DNA of 48,209 bases. It comes from a virus. Lineage: Duplodnaviria > Caudoviricetes. Below, piece by piece: positions 1-10,664 of the stretch. Every line of letters begins with the position of its first letter. The first letter of the stretch is position 1. The notes below the pieces were generated by a model. That model saw nothing but the letters and a program-made list of their open reading frames with translations. It had not been told where the DNA came from and searched no databases. Both the position numbers and the translations under genes were made by a program. The stretch covers positions 1 through 48,209 of the IMG/VR virus record IMGVR_UViG_3300020358_000010; one strand, given 5' to 3'.

Positions 1-872
1 AGTTGCTCAGGAGTTTGAGTAGGAGAAAAAGCATTCATTCCTGCTGTAGCCTGACCAAATGCAGCTTGATAATTTTCATTACCAAAGATTTGCATTTTTT
101 GTGCGTCACTTAAGTTTCTTCTAAATTTTCTAAAATCAGCTTTACTTCCTGCTCCTAAAGCTTTAGGGTCAAACGCCACACCATTAATATCTCCAATATC
201 AGCTATCTCAGCATCAGAAAACGAAGTCTCCCCTAGTGCTGCTTTTTGTGCTGCTGTCTGTTGGCTATATAAAGGAACCAATGCCATGCCTGCTTGGGCT
301 GTATTTACAGCACCCTGAATACCTTGTGCTGTTTGTGCTTGTGCAGCCTGCTCCGCATCTGCAGCAGCTTGTTGTGCACCTGCTATCTCACCTAAATCTA
401 ATTGAACATTTAAGTCTCTTAATCTTGAGTCTTCTTCCGCTACAGCTTTGTCTATTGCTTGCAATTCTTGACCCATAGCTGTACGTACTTGACCTTGAGC
501 CGCTGTTTGTGCTTGTTGTAATCTACCTGCTGTAGCTGCCACACCTCTTTGGTCTCCCTCTTGTGCCGCCTGCAAAGCTGTAGCTCCCTGTTGAAGCAGT
601 GCTTCTCTTTGTAATTCATATGGTTCCTTCTTAATAGAAAGCTCTTCCATATAATTTATATCTAATCTTTTTCTTGCTGTACGCATCATCATATCTGCCT
701 TAGACTCAGCATCTCTCTGTGCTTTTTTAGATTTACCTGCTTGAGCAAAAGAAAATGCAGTTCCACCTGCTGCTAAAGCTACTGATGCTATTCCTAAAGC
801 TAAACCTGTCATCTGTTGTGCCTCAACTTCTATTGTAGCTACCCTAAGTATTTCTATAATTAATCCTGACAT
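1..872 (-). CDS. Putative internal virion (ejection/DNA-transfer) protein, truncated at the window edge
   Basis: My translation from ATG at 872 (MSGLIIEILRVATIEVEAQQMTGLALGIASVALAAGGTAFSF...) stays open to base 1. Gly/Ala hydrophobic N-terminus then Ala/Gln-rich helical sequence; lies downstream of the tail genes. Not in the ORF track because it has no stop. Confidence 0.6.
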   Translation of the reverse strand, partial: MSGLIIEILRVATIEVEAQQMTGLALGIASVALAAGGTAFSFAQAGKSKKAQRDAESKADMMMRTARKRLDINYMEELSIKKEPYELQREALLQQGATALQAAQEGDQRGVAATAGRLQQAQTAAQGQVRTAMGQELQAIDKAVAEEDSRLRDLNVQLDLGEIAGAQQAAADAEQAAQAQTAQGIQGAVNTAQAGMALVPLYSQQTAAQKAALGETSFSDAEIADIGDINGVAFDPKALGAGSKADFRKFRRNLSDAQKMQIFGNENYQAAFGQATAGMNAFSPTQTPEQ

Positions 873-1384
873 ATTAGTTGTTGTTTTAAAATAATGTGTT
901 CAGGCAAATCCATATAGTCTTCTGTATAAATATCTTTTTCTGCCTCTTCTACTGTTTTTTTATCAGTCTTGTAAACACAAGACCAAATGCAATCTTCGTG
1001 CATATATGCAACCCTTTGTGTCCCTGCTTCGGTTTGTACCACCATAGGTGCTTTAATTCTTTTTATCTCACCTGTATCTATTAACACAGACATCTCTCCC
1101 TTCATAAAAAAAGAAGGATGATTTTTCAAATGTATAAAGCTTACCACCAAGGAACCTTTTGGCATAAACAATTCTCGTGTATATAAACCATCTTTTATAT
1201 GGTGCGTTACAGGAAAAACTTTCTGCATCTCATCGGTATGATGGACAACAGCTCCATTAATAGTTTCTAAGTTTTGTTTAAATTCAGCAATTGCCTCCCA
1301 TAATAATCCTCGGTCAACATCAATTAACTCTAGAAAATGTTCAGCAGACTTTTGCTTTTTTTTAAACAAACTTAATATACCCAT
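860..1384 (-). CDS. Cupin-fold phage protein
   Basis: HH..DGLYTRELFMPKGSLVVSFIH...H...GEMSV...AP.....AGTQRV pattern is typical of cupin-like phage proteins; has its own TAnnTTTG box at 1393-1400. Confidence 0.55.
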   Translation of the reverse strand: MGILSLFKKKQKSAEHFLELIDVDRGLLWEAIAEFKQNLETINGAVVHHTDEMQKVFPVTHHIKDGLYTRELFMPKGSLVVSFIHLKNHPSFFMKGEMSVLIDTGEIKRIKAPMVVQTEAGTQRVAYMHEDCIWSCVYKTDKKTVEEAEKDIYTEDYMDLPEHIILKQQLICQD

Positions 1385-1407
1385 ATATTACACAAAGATA
1401 GTAAATT

Positions 1408-2262
1408 TTAAGGAAAACTTTTCATTGCCTCTGATTCCACTGCAAATAGTTCTGAAGCTGTAGTAACATCTAGTGTCAACTCAAATACGCAGTAGTGTCC
1501 TAGAACACCATGTGATTCTGCTGTTGGATTTTTAATAAAGAACCAATAGCCATCTACAGCAGGAATAAAAGTAGGTTGAGGTGCCCCTGCAAAACCACCT
1601 GTTGCTGCTGCTGTTGTGTTTATTTTAATATTATTTTGCCCTGCAGGAAGGTTAACTATGGTTTCTGTTAGAACTCCCACAAATTGAGGTGTATCATAGT
1701 TGGGTCCTACAGCGTAATACATATAATCACCTGCAGTAATTATACTTCCTATAGATATACTAGTATCGAAGCCTATGGAAACATCTGCAGGGTCTAGTGA
1801 GTCAATAGTATTATTTACACCAAGACCGTTTACACTTCTTAGCTCCCATTGAGTTTCATTGGTATCAGGTCCTGTAGGTCCGTCACTTCTAACGAATCCA
1901 AACCACGCCCCTTCTTTTTTAACAAAGTAATTTACATCTATCTCACCATCTAATTGTATATCCGTAAACAACTTCGCACCCCAAGCATCATCGCTTTCAA
2001 GGTTTAATGTTTTAAAAATTTTATTTTGTAAAGGCTCTTGATTAAAAACACTTGTTATTCTAGATGGGTAATTAACTCCATAGTAATTATTTCTTGACTC
2101 ATTTGTATTGTGTCTCCATAGATTACCTTTATTAAAGCTATATAAGTATTGATTCATTCCTTTAAGAAACTCTGCACCATATGAATAGAATGATGGAAAC
2201 CCTTGTGAGTCTTCACTATAAGTTATAGTCGGTTTACTTATTTTAGTTTCGCTTATGGACAT
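1408..2262 (-). CDS. Tail protein resembling the C-terminal part of crAss-like stabilization/muzzle proteins
   Basis: TITYSEDSQGFPSFYSY..E..., YSFNKGNLWRHN, VFNQEPLQNKIFKTLNLES and KKEGAWFGFV motifs recalled from the C-terminus of this family. Confidence 0.6.
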   Translation of the reverse strand: MSISETKISKPTITYSEDSQGFPSFYSYGAEFLKGMNQYLYSFNKGNLWRHNTNESRNNYYGVNYPSRITSVFNQEPLQNKIFKTLNLESDDAWGAKLFTDIQLDGEIDVNYFVKKEGAWFGFVRSDGPTGPDTNETQWELRSVNGLGVNNTIDSLDPADVSIGFDTSISIGSIITAGDYMYYAVGPNYDTPQFVGVLTETIVNLPAGQNNIKINTTAAATGGFAGAPQPTFIPAVDGYWFFIKNPTAESHGVLGHYCVFELTLDVTTASELFAVESEAMKSFP

Positions 2263-3185
2263 GGTGTTATATTTGCTATTACTCCGTTAGTGTTTACTTC
2301 TACAATTGCTTTTCCTGATGGAGGATTCATTACATATGTACCTGCAGGCAGCGGTGTTACACCGCTACTATCTTGGAAAACAAATTCATTTCTTTCAGGT
2401 TCACCCGGAGTGTTTAAGTAGTTAGGTGCGTGAAAAAAGAACGTAGGGAATGAAGTTGTTGCACAATTATCTGAGTTAAGATTTACAGATACTGATGGTA
2501 ATGCAGCAGGGCAATTTATTTCTATATTCCAACCTGTACTACAGTAGCCCACAACTTCTACCTCACAAGAATCACTATTATTATTTACTCTAGGAATAAC
2601 TAATGTAGAATAGCCGGGACCTGCTGCTTGTAAAAACACATCTGCAGATGTTCCTGTTGCGGTTCCACTATTTCCAACAGTATCAAAAACTCCTGTTGTA
2701 GGATTGTATACTTTTTCCTCTAGACCTGTATATCCTCCTGCATTTAGTTGTGCCCCTACTCCCGGTGTACAGTCATTAGAAGAATTTCCCATTACAGTTA
2801 AATTACCCGGTGCGGCTGCGGCATAACCAAATACGTTTGAAGTAAACTCATTATACACCACTCCATCAAATGTAGCTCTACATCCATCAGGGACGCTTAC
2901 AGGGTCAAAGTAAATTATTATAGCACCAAAGTCTCCACCTGTACTAAACGTCAGCTTATAAACTCCTGTGCTACCACCTGCGTTAATAGTAGAGTCACAA
3001 GGGGCAAAGCACGATGGGCATGGGGTTGCTATTGAAAGAACACATCCAATCTGTTGCCTACATACAGTACCATCAGAATAAAATCCATCAGATGCACATA
3101 TAGTTAAGTCCACATCAGTATATACTACAGATGCAGTAGATAAAGTGGGTCCGTCTATAAAATAATTTCCTAAGCTTGCTGCCAT
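2253..3185 (-). CDS. Cys/Gly/Thr-rich virion accessory (tail appendage) protein
   Basis: Low-charge, beta-rich composition with Cys motifs (CASDGFYSDG..CRQQ, PCPSC), located among tail genes. Confidence 0.5.
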   Translation of the reverse strand: MAASLGNYFIDGPTLSTASVVYTDVDLTICASDGFYSDGTVCRQQIGCVLSIATPCPSCFAPCDSTINAGGSTGVYKLTFSTGGDFGAIIIYFDPVSVPDGCRATFDGVVYNEFTSNVFGYAAAAPGNLTVMGNSSNDCTPGVGAQLNAGGYTGLEEKVYNPTTGVFDTVGNSGTATGTSADVFLQAAGPGYSTLVIPRVNNNSDSCEVEVVGYCSTGWNIEINCPAALPSVSVNLNSDNCATTSFPTFFFHAPNYLNTPGEPERNEFVFQDSSGVTPLPAGTYVMNPPSGKAIVEVNTNGVIANITPCP

Positions 3186-3194
3186 ATCTTTTAT

Positions 3195-6100
3195 TTATGT
3201 TGGTGTACAATCACACGTTTGAAATGTTACACTAAAGTTAAGAGGTTCTTGAGTAAAATCTTGAAGACATACTATCTGTACACCACCTGCTGTTATATTA
3301 AAACTCTGAGCTATATTAAAGCAATCTACGTATGAAAATAATTTAGTAGTTGCAGTAATGTTTTCTACAAAGTATGCGTTACAGCATTGTCCACTTTCAT
3401 TACCTCCTTTAGACGCAGTAACAGGGTCTAATGTTGTGGCTACAATTTCATACTTACACCCTATGAATGCACCGCCTGTTAAATTAACAAGCTGTCCTAT
3501 GCTTTCTCCATCAAAACTTATGATTTGTGTGTCAGGAGTTCCTGTGTTTGGCTCTTGACATCTTTCAACTATTAAATTTAAAGAGCATCCACAAAAATGT
3601 GTTGCTGTTATATTTGTCAATGTTGAAATACTGTTTGCACAAACCTGTATAGATTGTCCTGCAGGAACAGTTCCGTTTTGAACAGCTCCTAAACAATCTA
3701 CATAACTATAAGTACCCGATGAAAGACCATCTGCTGAAAATTGATATTGGTCACATACTTGGGAACAATCTGTTTTTGTCCCTTCTATGTTAGATACGGT
3801 ATCTGTTACACTAGCTTGAGTCACAGCAGTAACCACATACGTACAACTAGGATTAATTGTTAAGTTAACAAAAGACCCGACAGTCACCCCTGAAGTAGGA
3901 GGTATTACCTCGGTTAATGGACTAGTTGTTGTTGATAGTGAATCATAGCATAATTCAACTAATAAGTTATCTGTTGGTTCCGGGTCAGGGTCACAATCAC
4001 AACATGCCTCTTCACAAGAAACGTCAGAGAAACATAACTCTATAGGCGTTGGTTCTCTATAATCCCAAATTAAATACAAGAATTCATCACTAGTATTAGG
4101 CATAGGGAAGTTAGACTGATATGTAGGTGCCGCCCCCGATATAGGAGTTGATGTTGTTGCAACATTTAATAACGCCTGAATCTGAGTAGGTGTGTTAGTA
4201 TAAAGAGTTGAGCCTCTGTGATATTTAAATTTATTCAGAGCAGGATTAAATATAAAGTCATCACCTAACGCAGAGATTTTGTTGCTAATAATTCTTACAG
4301 TAGCACCATTGGCAGGAATTAAATTTCCACCTTGAGGTGCTGATGTAGATGTATATTGAGAAACAATCAAACCTGTTCCACTATTAAATTCTATTTGTTC
4401 TGACTGTAACGCACTAGTAAACGTACCATCAAGCCAACGATACTCGTTATGAACAAACTGACCTTCCTCATTGTTAGATGTTATTGCTACTTGAATAATA
4501 GTTATTGTTGGTGCATCGGGACAGTTTACAGTAATCTCTACTAAGGTGCTTGAAGAAGAAACATATGCTCCAAAATTAACAATTAATTCTTCTTCAGATA
4601 CAATGTTTTTATCAAATGTAATAGAAACCAATCCGTCAGATGTAATGTTACCACTAAAAACCACAGCTCCATTGTATGTACCTGTATAAGGAATATCCAC
4701 TCCGCTATAATCTGTAACAAAAAATGAAACAGTAACAGGACCTACTAAATTACCAAGCTGATATATAAACTGTTCTGACTCTCCATTTAAAGTTATGGTT
4801 CTTGAAATACCGCAATTTATTTCTTGTGGTAACTGAGGTATCTTTATATTAGAATTGGTCAATACGTACTCATTCATGTATGGGTCATATCCACCTAATT
4901 TAAAGGTATTAAAATCTTCAATAAACAAATCTCTAAAGAAAGACCTCATCCCAAACTCAGATATAACTTGAAGTTGTTCTGATTGAGCTGAGCTTCCTTT
5001 TAATTGAATGACTGCTCCACGCTTTGAATCTGTAAAAAATTTATCAGCTCCCCAAACAGCATAACTCTCAGGGTTATTACTATTTCCGTAATCTTCTATT
5101 CTAGCAATCTGTGTTCCTAAAACTTCAGGCACAGAGGTGACTGCTCCACCACCTGTAGAATCAGATAGTAAATTTTTACCCTGCAAGACATAAGAAATTT
5201 TATCTTCTTGTAGTGTTAGTATATCAGTTTCCCTACCGTCTAATACAGTAATGGGACCATAAGAATCCTCAAGTGGTTTAAAGTTTAATAGTCCTAAATT
5301 AAATTCATTTAGTTTATTTAAGTTTGTTTCATCATTAAAGACACCGCTATAAGTAATATCCGCAAATCTATGTGCTTGCTTGTAGTCTTGAGCTGATGTA
5401 CTTGTTACCCTGTTTCCAAGAGTTAAAGGTTTACCTACTATAGAGTCTTCTATCTTAAAACTTTCAACTCCATTTCCAAATGTGTAACAATTAAAAAATT
5501 CTGTATCTATAATAGCAGGTACTGAGTCAGTTTGATTTTGAACGTTACCCTCGTGTATTGGTCCACTTAATGTGGTGTATCCAATAGTAATATTTGCTAT
5601 GTTTGAAGGAGGAGTTGTTGGGCTTACTACGGCTGAATTACAATCTCCATAAACTGTCGTTATTCCTGCACCGGGATTTACTGTTACACTTGTGGTAACT
5701 CCTTCTATATCATAATCAAAAACTATAGGACTAGGTTCAGCCGCATCTACTTCTAATTTTATTTCACACTCTTCATTAGAAATTTTAAAAGTTGTCGGTG
5801 ACTCATACCATAAATCAGGCAATGCATCTTGAGGTTCTGATTCAAAAACTATTAAAGCATCTGACCTTATTATAGATACTTCTACCTCTAAGGTAGACCT
5901 TCTGTTTCTGTTTTTTCCGCAACCCTTTGTACCTGTAAACCCCAATACTTGTTTACCTGATAGTGTGTCATCAGTTCCTGCATAATCTAAAAACTGTATG
6001 TAATTAAATCCTAGAGCACAAGGAAGGGAAGTAACTGTAATTGTTGTTCCAAAAACAACTTGTGTATTAAAACCTCCGATTGCAGGAAGGTACTCAAACT

Positions 6101-8687
6101 CTGATGGTGAGTCGCTTGTGTCTGTTCTACACTCAGCTGTAGATGTTAATCCTCCTATATTATCTCCATCCCAAAAAGCTTTTAAACTAGAGTAGTCTTC
6201 ACTAGCAACAACTTCAGCCTCCCATACACACTCTCTTAACTCACATTGGTTACCTCCTGAAGCACCGTTCCTTTTATTAAAATAATTAATCTGAATTGTA
6301 GAACCTTCAGGAATTTCAAAAGGAAGGAAGGCAAATGTTGCAGGGTCAAGTGGGTCATATGTTGTTACATCAAAATCAGGGTTCGGTAAAGAACACACAT
6401 CTAAAGTTACTTTTGGACAACTTTTTCTTGTCCCGTTTCTACCTGATTTATCATCTTCAATTACAGGATTTTCTCCTAAAGAAGTTGCAATACGATTAGT
6501 TGCAATTCTCATATAAGTTCCCGAAGGAACCACAGCTTCGTTACCTGCAACATCAGCAGGTGGTGGTTGTATAAAGTCTGCTAATTTAGCGTCTTTATCT
6601 AGAACCGTTACTGTAGTACATCTTTGCTTTGGACCATTAGTATCTGCTTTAACTAAAAGCTTATCTCCTATTTCAATTTTTTGAGAGTTTTCACCATTAA
6701 GTAAAAACCAAGTTGACCCAAGAGAAGCATCTCTGAAAAACAAGTTACTATAAATAATGTCATAGTTTTCTTTATCAGGTTTAATACAAAATTTATAATA
6801 CTTTGCCCAAGCAGGAGGAAGTTGTGTTGTAGGTATTTTTACTTGTATAGTATTTTGGTCTGTTAGATTTCCACATGGAACATATTGTGTATTATTCTCA
6901 CTCACTAAAGCTGTTGTAGCTCTTGAGAATTCATCCATATAAATAATACCAACCTCATATCCTCTATTGCTATGTAGACTTGTGGCGTTTGCAATCTTAG
7001 TATACTCAGCTTCAGCCAAACTTATTGTTAAGTATTCATAAGCCACATTAGTAGGGTCTAATTGGTCAACATATTGTAATGCGTTTATTTGTATTTTTAG
7101 TGTATCAGGTTCTGTTGGAGAAACTATAATTTCAAAAGGTTGGTTTATACCTGTGATACCACTTGATTGTTTTTGATAATTAATATCAAGTACAAGTTCA
7201 GCGGCACAATTAAGTTCATCTGTTAATGATGTTCCGTCACATGCGTCTAAAAAAACAGGTTCCAATAATTGTATAGCATCAATAAAGTCTTGGTCTTGAG
7301 CCAATTCAAATATATTATTATAGGCTTGTCTTAATCTATATTGAAAATTTAATTGAATAGCGTCATTGGTTTCTGTAAGTTGGTCAAACGAAGCGTCCCA
7401 AGAGTCGTGTATTAAATCAAGTTCAATAGCTATTCCTGCTCCTTGAACTAATTCCGCTCCTGTAAAGTCAACCTCTACAACAACATCAGTAATGTTTCTA
7501 GTAGTTCCTGATATTGTATATTGCCCTGAACTTTTTGATTGCTCTAGTGCTCTAAATTCAACCGCTTCACTAATAAGTTCTGTATTGTATTCTAACTTTA
7601 ATGGTTCTCCTGTATAATCTATTAGGTCACGACCTTCAAAGTAATTACCATACATTAAACGATTCCCCATTAAAGTTTGTGCCTTAGCCTTTAACGGTAC
7701 ATTGTCAAACAATCTTAAAATTTCTGTATCAGCTAATACAGTAAATATTTTACTGTTACTGAAAGTATATAAAGATTCTGTGTTGTTAGCTATACCAAGG
7801 TCAGATTTATTAAGCTTCTCTATAACCTTAATAACGTTTGTGCTTATATCTTTAAACAATAAATCTACACCAACAACAAGTTCTCCTCCACTATTATACG
7901 TTATCTCACAAATATTCGTAGTATTTAACATACCTTGATTATTAGCTTGACCTGAACTATAATTAAAAGGACCCGGAATAAAAGAGGGTGCACTAAATGG
8001 GGAGGTAGCAGAGTATTCATTATCTGCATATCTATATCTGTACCCAAAAGATACAAATCTATTTTCTAAATAATTATTTTCTCCTGCCCCTTTTTTTGGT
8101 TCAATCAAAGGAGATGTGTAGGGAGGTCTTTTGATTACAAGTATAGCCTCTGCTGAAAATTGGTCAACAAAAGCAGGTGTTGGGTTTACATAATTTCTAT
8201 TAACATTAATAAACCTAGGCGGATTAAAGTTGTCTGTGAAAAACAATAGTTCACCTACAAAGTCTACACCTAGCATCAACTCTTCTTTCTTAAAGTTTAA
8301 TGTTGTATTAACTCCACCGCCATCATCTAAGCTTATTATATGGTATGTTAGTATCTCACTCTTGGTTTCGAATGAAACTATCATGTCACACTTACCTGTT
8401 GCTCCTAAAGTAAACGAAGGGTCATGAACAAACCAATACATTGTCTCTTGCTCACCTAAAGCAAATGCACCAATGCATCTTGCATCAGAAGAAAGCTCCA
8501 CTCCATTATATAATAAAGTAGTTAAGGATTCATTTCCTTTAGAGTTTTCTACCGCACCAATCTCTGAGGCTTCAGTTGAGCCTAATCGCACATTAATAGC
8601 ATCAATGTACTGACCATTAGGTAAGAGTCTTTCGTCAAGACTCTTATTCATTTTACCTGCTACAAAATTTCTTTGTACGTTTGCCAT
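3195..8687 (-). CDS. Tail stabilization/muzzle protein with Cys-rich C-terminal extension (1830 aa)
   Basis: N-terminal NFVAGKMNKSLDERLLPNGQYIDAINVR, LFFTDNFNPPRFIN, GNRLMYGNY, SLHSNRGYEVGIIYMDEFSR, FFTDSKRGAV and GGYDP motifs of the crAss-like stabilization protein; follows the ring-protein genes. Confidence 0.75.
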   Translation of the reverse strand: MANVQRNFVAGKMNKSLDERLLPNGQYIDAINVRLGSTEASEIGAVENSKGNESLTTLLYNGVELSSDARCIGAFALGEQETMYWFVHDPSFTLGATGKCDMIVSFETKSEILTYHIISLDDGGGVNTTLNFKKEELMLGVDFVGELLFFTDNFNPPRFINVNRNYVNPTPAFVDQFSAEAILVIKRPPYTSPLIEPKKGAGENNYLENRFVSFGYRYRYADNEYSATSPFSAPSFIPGPFNYSSGQANNQGMLNTTNICEITYNSGGELVVGVDLLFKDISTNVIKVIEKLNKSDLGIANNTESLYTFSNSKIFTVLADTEILRLFDNVPLKAKAQTLMGNRLMYGNYFEGRDLIDYTGEPLKLEYNTELISEAVEFRALEQSKSSGQYTISGTTRNITDVVVEVDFTGAELVQGAGIAIELDLIHDSWDASFDQLTETNDAIQLNFQYRLRQAYNNIFELAQDQDFIDAIQLLEPVFLDACDGTSLTDELNCAAELVLDINYQKQSSGITGINQPFEIIVSPTEPDTLKIQINALQYVDQLDPTNVAYEYLTISLAEAEYTKIANATSLHSNRGYEVGIIYMDEFSRATTALVSENNTQYVPCGNLTDQNTIQVKIPTTQLPPAWAKYYKFCIKPDKENYDIIYSNLFFRDASLGSTWFLLNGENSQKIEIGDKLLVKADTNGPKQRCTTVTVLDKDAKLADFIQPPPADVAGNEAVVPSGTYMRIATNRIATSLGENPVIEDDKSGRNGTRKSCPKVTLDVCSLPNPDFDVTTYDPLDPATFAFLPFEIPEGSTIQINYFNKRNGASGGNQCELRECVWEAEVVASEDYSSLKAFWDGDNIGGLTSTAECRTDTSDSPSEFEYLPAIGGFNTQVVFGTTITVTSLPCALGFNYIQFLDYAGTDDTLSGKQVLGFTGTKGCGKNRNRRSTLEVEVSIIRSDALIVFESEPQDALPDLWYESPTTFKISNEECEIKLEVDAAEPSPIVFDYDIEGVTTSVTVNPGAGITTVYGDCNSAVVSPTTPPSNIANITIGYTTLSGPIHEGNVQNQTDSVPAIIDTEFFNCYTFGNGVESFKIEDSIVGKPLTLGNRVTSTSAQDYKQAHRFADITYSGVFNDETNLNKLNEFNLGLLNFKPLEDSYGPITVLDGRETDILTLQEDKISYVLQGKNLLSDSTGGGAVTSVPEVLGTQIARIEDYGNSNNPESYAVWGADKFFTDSKRGAVIQLKGSSAQSEQLQVISEFGMRSFFRDLFIEDFNTFKLGGYDPYMNEYVLTNSNIKIPQLPQEINCGISRTITLNGESEQFIYQLGNLVGPVTVSFFVTDYSGVDIPYTGTYNGAVVFSGNITSDGLVSITFDKNIVSEEELIVNFGAYVSSSSTLVEITVNCPDAPTITIIQVAITSNNEEGQFVHNEYRWLDGTFTSALQSEQIEFNSGTGLIVSQYTSTSAPQGGNLIPANGATVRIISNKISALGDDFIFNPALNKFKYHRGSTLYTNTPTQIQALLNVATTSTPISGAAPTYQSNFPMPNTSDEFLYLIWDYREPTPIELCFSDVSCEEACCDCDPDPEPTDNLLVELCYDSLSTTTSPLTEVIPPTSGVTVGSFVNLTINPSCTYVVTAVTQASVTDTVSNIEGTKTDCSQVCDQYQFSADGLSSGTYSYVDCLGAVQNGTVPAGQSIQVCANSISTLTNITATHFCGCSLNLIVERCQEPNTGTPDTQIISFDGESIGQLVNLTGGAFIGCKYEIVATTLDPVTASKGGNESGQCCNAYFVENITATTKLFSYVDCFNIAQSFNITAGGVQIVCLQDFTQEPLNFSVTFQTCDCTPT

Positions 8688-8688
8688 T

Positions 8689-9609
8689 CTATTTTATCCA
8701 TTTATCTTTACCCCTCATATTCATTAATAGTCTTCCGGGATGAATATTACTTATTCTAATCTTTGCATTTCTTAATAAAGCTTGTTTGTTTTTTCTTACT
8801 CTATTAACCACATACTCCTGTACACCTAACTTTGAACTTAGAATAGCATATTCAATATATGCATAAATATATTCTTCAAATAATTTATTAACACTAACTA
8901 GAGAGTTATCTCCATTCTCCATTCCATCAGAAACATATTCTAAGATGCATTTTTGATTAGACATTCCTGAGCTAAAGTTTATGACTCCCCCTTTTTTATT
9001 TATAGAAAAAGTTGGATTAGCATTTGCAGTCTCTGTGTTTAAGCCATACCTTGCTCCAATACCATAATCAAAATACCAAGTGCCATCACAGCAGTATCCC
9101 TCTTCTCCATCAAATATACTATTCTTGTTTAAGTAAATACTTCTAAGACCACCTGTTATTCTTTCAAAATCTAAATCAGAATACTCAGGCTTTAAAATAT
9201 TTCCATTAATGTCAAATAAGATACGACAATTATTGTCTTGCAGGTAGGCATCGCTCCAATTAGTTTGAATGTTTTCTGATAAAGGATAAAGCAATCCGTT
9301 TTTAAACACAGAGATTCTTACCCAATTAACATAATCAGGAGGCAGTACAAACCTTAAGGTATCACAAACATCAAGCTCTAATATTTTTATTTCTTTAAAA
9401 GCATCATAGTTTAGTTCTTGTATACCTCTCTTTGCATGAAACAAAATCTTATATCTCTCTTCATTATTTACTAAGGAGTGATTACCTGAGTACATTAATA
9501 AGAAGTTAGTCACAATATCTTCTAAGCTTACATATTGATATGAACCCCAATTAGCATCTTCAGGTGGATTACCTCCGTTTTCGTAATATTGATATGGTGT
9601 TATATACAT
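8689..9609 (-). CDS. Tail ring/adaptor structural protein
   Basis: ILFHAKRGIQEL.YD, LPPDYVNWVRIS and LEYVSDG motifs; located between capsid and muzzle genes. Confidence 0.65.
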   Translation of the reverse strand: MYITPYQYYENGGNPPEDANWGSYQYVSLEDIVTNFLLMYSGNHSLVNNEERYKILFHAKRGIQELNYDAFKEIKILELDVCDTLRFVLPPDYVNWVRISVFKNGLLYPLSENIQTNWSDAYLQDNNCRILFDINGNILKPEYSDLDFERITGGLRSIYLNKNSIFDGEEGYCCDGTWYFDYGIGARYGLNTETANANPTFSINKKGGVINFSSGMSNQKCILEYVSDGMENGDNSLVSVNKLFEEYIYAYIEYAILSSKLGVQEYVVNRVRKNKQALLRNAKIRISNIHPGRLLMNMRGKDKWIK

Positions 9610-9615
9610 AAACTA

Positions 9616-10578
9616 TTATTTTTCATTGTTGTCTTCATACTGCTCATTTGCTTGTGCAAATTGTACTGCAGCTATTTCTCTTATTGACATACCTGCGTAT
9701 TGTAAAATTTTCATTACCACAGTTGGCTCGTCATCTAATGGTAGCTCAAGGTCTTGATAAGATGGGTTGGACTGATTGAACACAGGCTCTCCTCCCGACA
9801 AGGAAGTGTACGTCCATTGAGGGTCAAAGGGATATCTTATATACTGACAAATAACTTGTCCCGGATTGTTAATCGTAGGAGGGAATATGTCGCTAGATAA
9901 ATTCTCTGTTGTGTATGCAGGGTATCCTAGACTTGGTGAAGTTAAGATAGAATTATTTAACAAAGTTATCTTACTATGTGTAACCTTTTCTATTTCTTTG
10001 TACTTGTACTGCTGATATACAGTATAATCTAAAGGGAATCCAAAAACTACATTAGGAGTTATTCTTAAACTTGTCGCACTTATTATTTGAATTATAGAAA
10101 GGTTGTAAGCAATACCCCCTACTGTAATTCCCACTATATCGCCAACTGAAACACCATCTGTTATAAAGTCAGCTGTAGCATCTATAACTGCATTTGAACC
10201 ACCAACTGTCGCTGTAGTTGTTCCGCTTGCTAAAATCACATCATTAACAAGCATCTTATTAATTAAAAAATAATCGTTGTTGGTAGTTAATAAGGATGGC
10301 AATAAATAATTATTAGTGCTTGGGGAACTTTGAATTAAAGGTAATGTTACTGAAAATGTATTGATTACCTCCTCATATCCTTTTGTAATGTCAGCGTATC
10401 CTGTGCCTGATAATCTCTTGTTTTCTTTGTTTAGTTGGTAGTTATATTGATAAAAATAATCTTCAAATATATCCATCTGTGCTTGCTTAGCAAACAGGTT
10501 AAAGTCTTGAGGAGATATGTATCCATAATTATTTTTATTAAGAATAGCTAATACTGTATTTCGTACCGAATTTATCAT
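9616..10578 (-). CDS. Tail tubular/ring (head-tail adaptor) protein
   Basis: NKNNYGYISPQDFNLFAKQAQ N-terminus and YIRYP..P.W / DLELP C-terminal motifs; synteny. Confidence 0.65.
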   Translation of the reverse strand: MINSVRNTVLAILNKNNYGYISPQDFNLFAKQAQMDIFEDYFYQYNYQLNKENKRLSGTGYADITKGYEEVINTFSVTLPLIQSSPSTNNYLLPSLLTTNNDYFLINKMLVNDVILASGTTTATVGGSNAVIDATADFITDGVSVGDIVGITVGGIAYNLSIIQIISATSLRITPNVVFGFPLDYTVYQQYKYKEIEKVTHSKITLLNNSILTSPSLGYPAYTTENLSSDIFPPTINNPGQVICQYIRYPFDPQWTYTSLSGGEPVFNQSNPSYQDLELPLDDEPTVVMKILQYAGMSIREIAAVQFAQANEQYEDNNEK

Positions 10579-10605
10579 TCATAAATAATTTTACACAAAG
10601 ATAAG

Positions 10606-10641
10606 AAAAAAAAAAAGACCCCTTTGTTTTAAAGAGGTCTC
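10606..10641 (-). terminator. Intrinsic terminator
   Basis: AGACCcCTTT-gtttt-AAAGaGGTCT hairpin next to a long A-run (U-tract on the minus strand), after the 10665..11411 gene. Confidence 0.75.
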
Positions 10642-10664
10642 CTAGAATTAATGATTATAATAAT

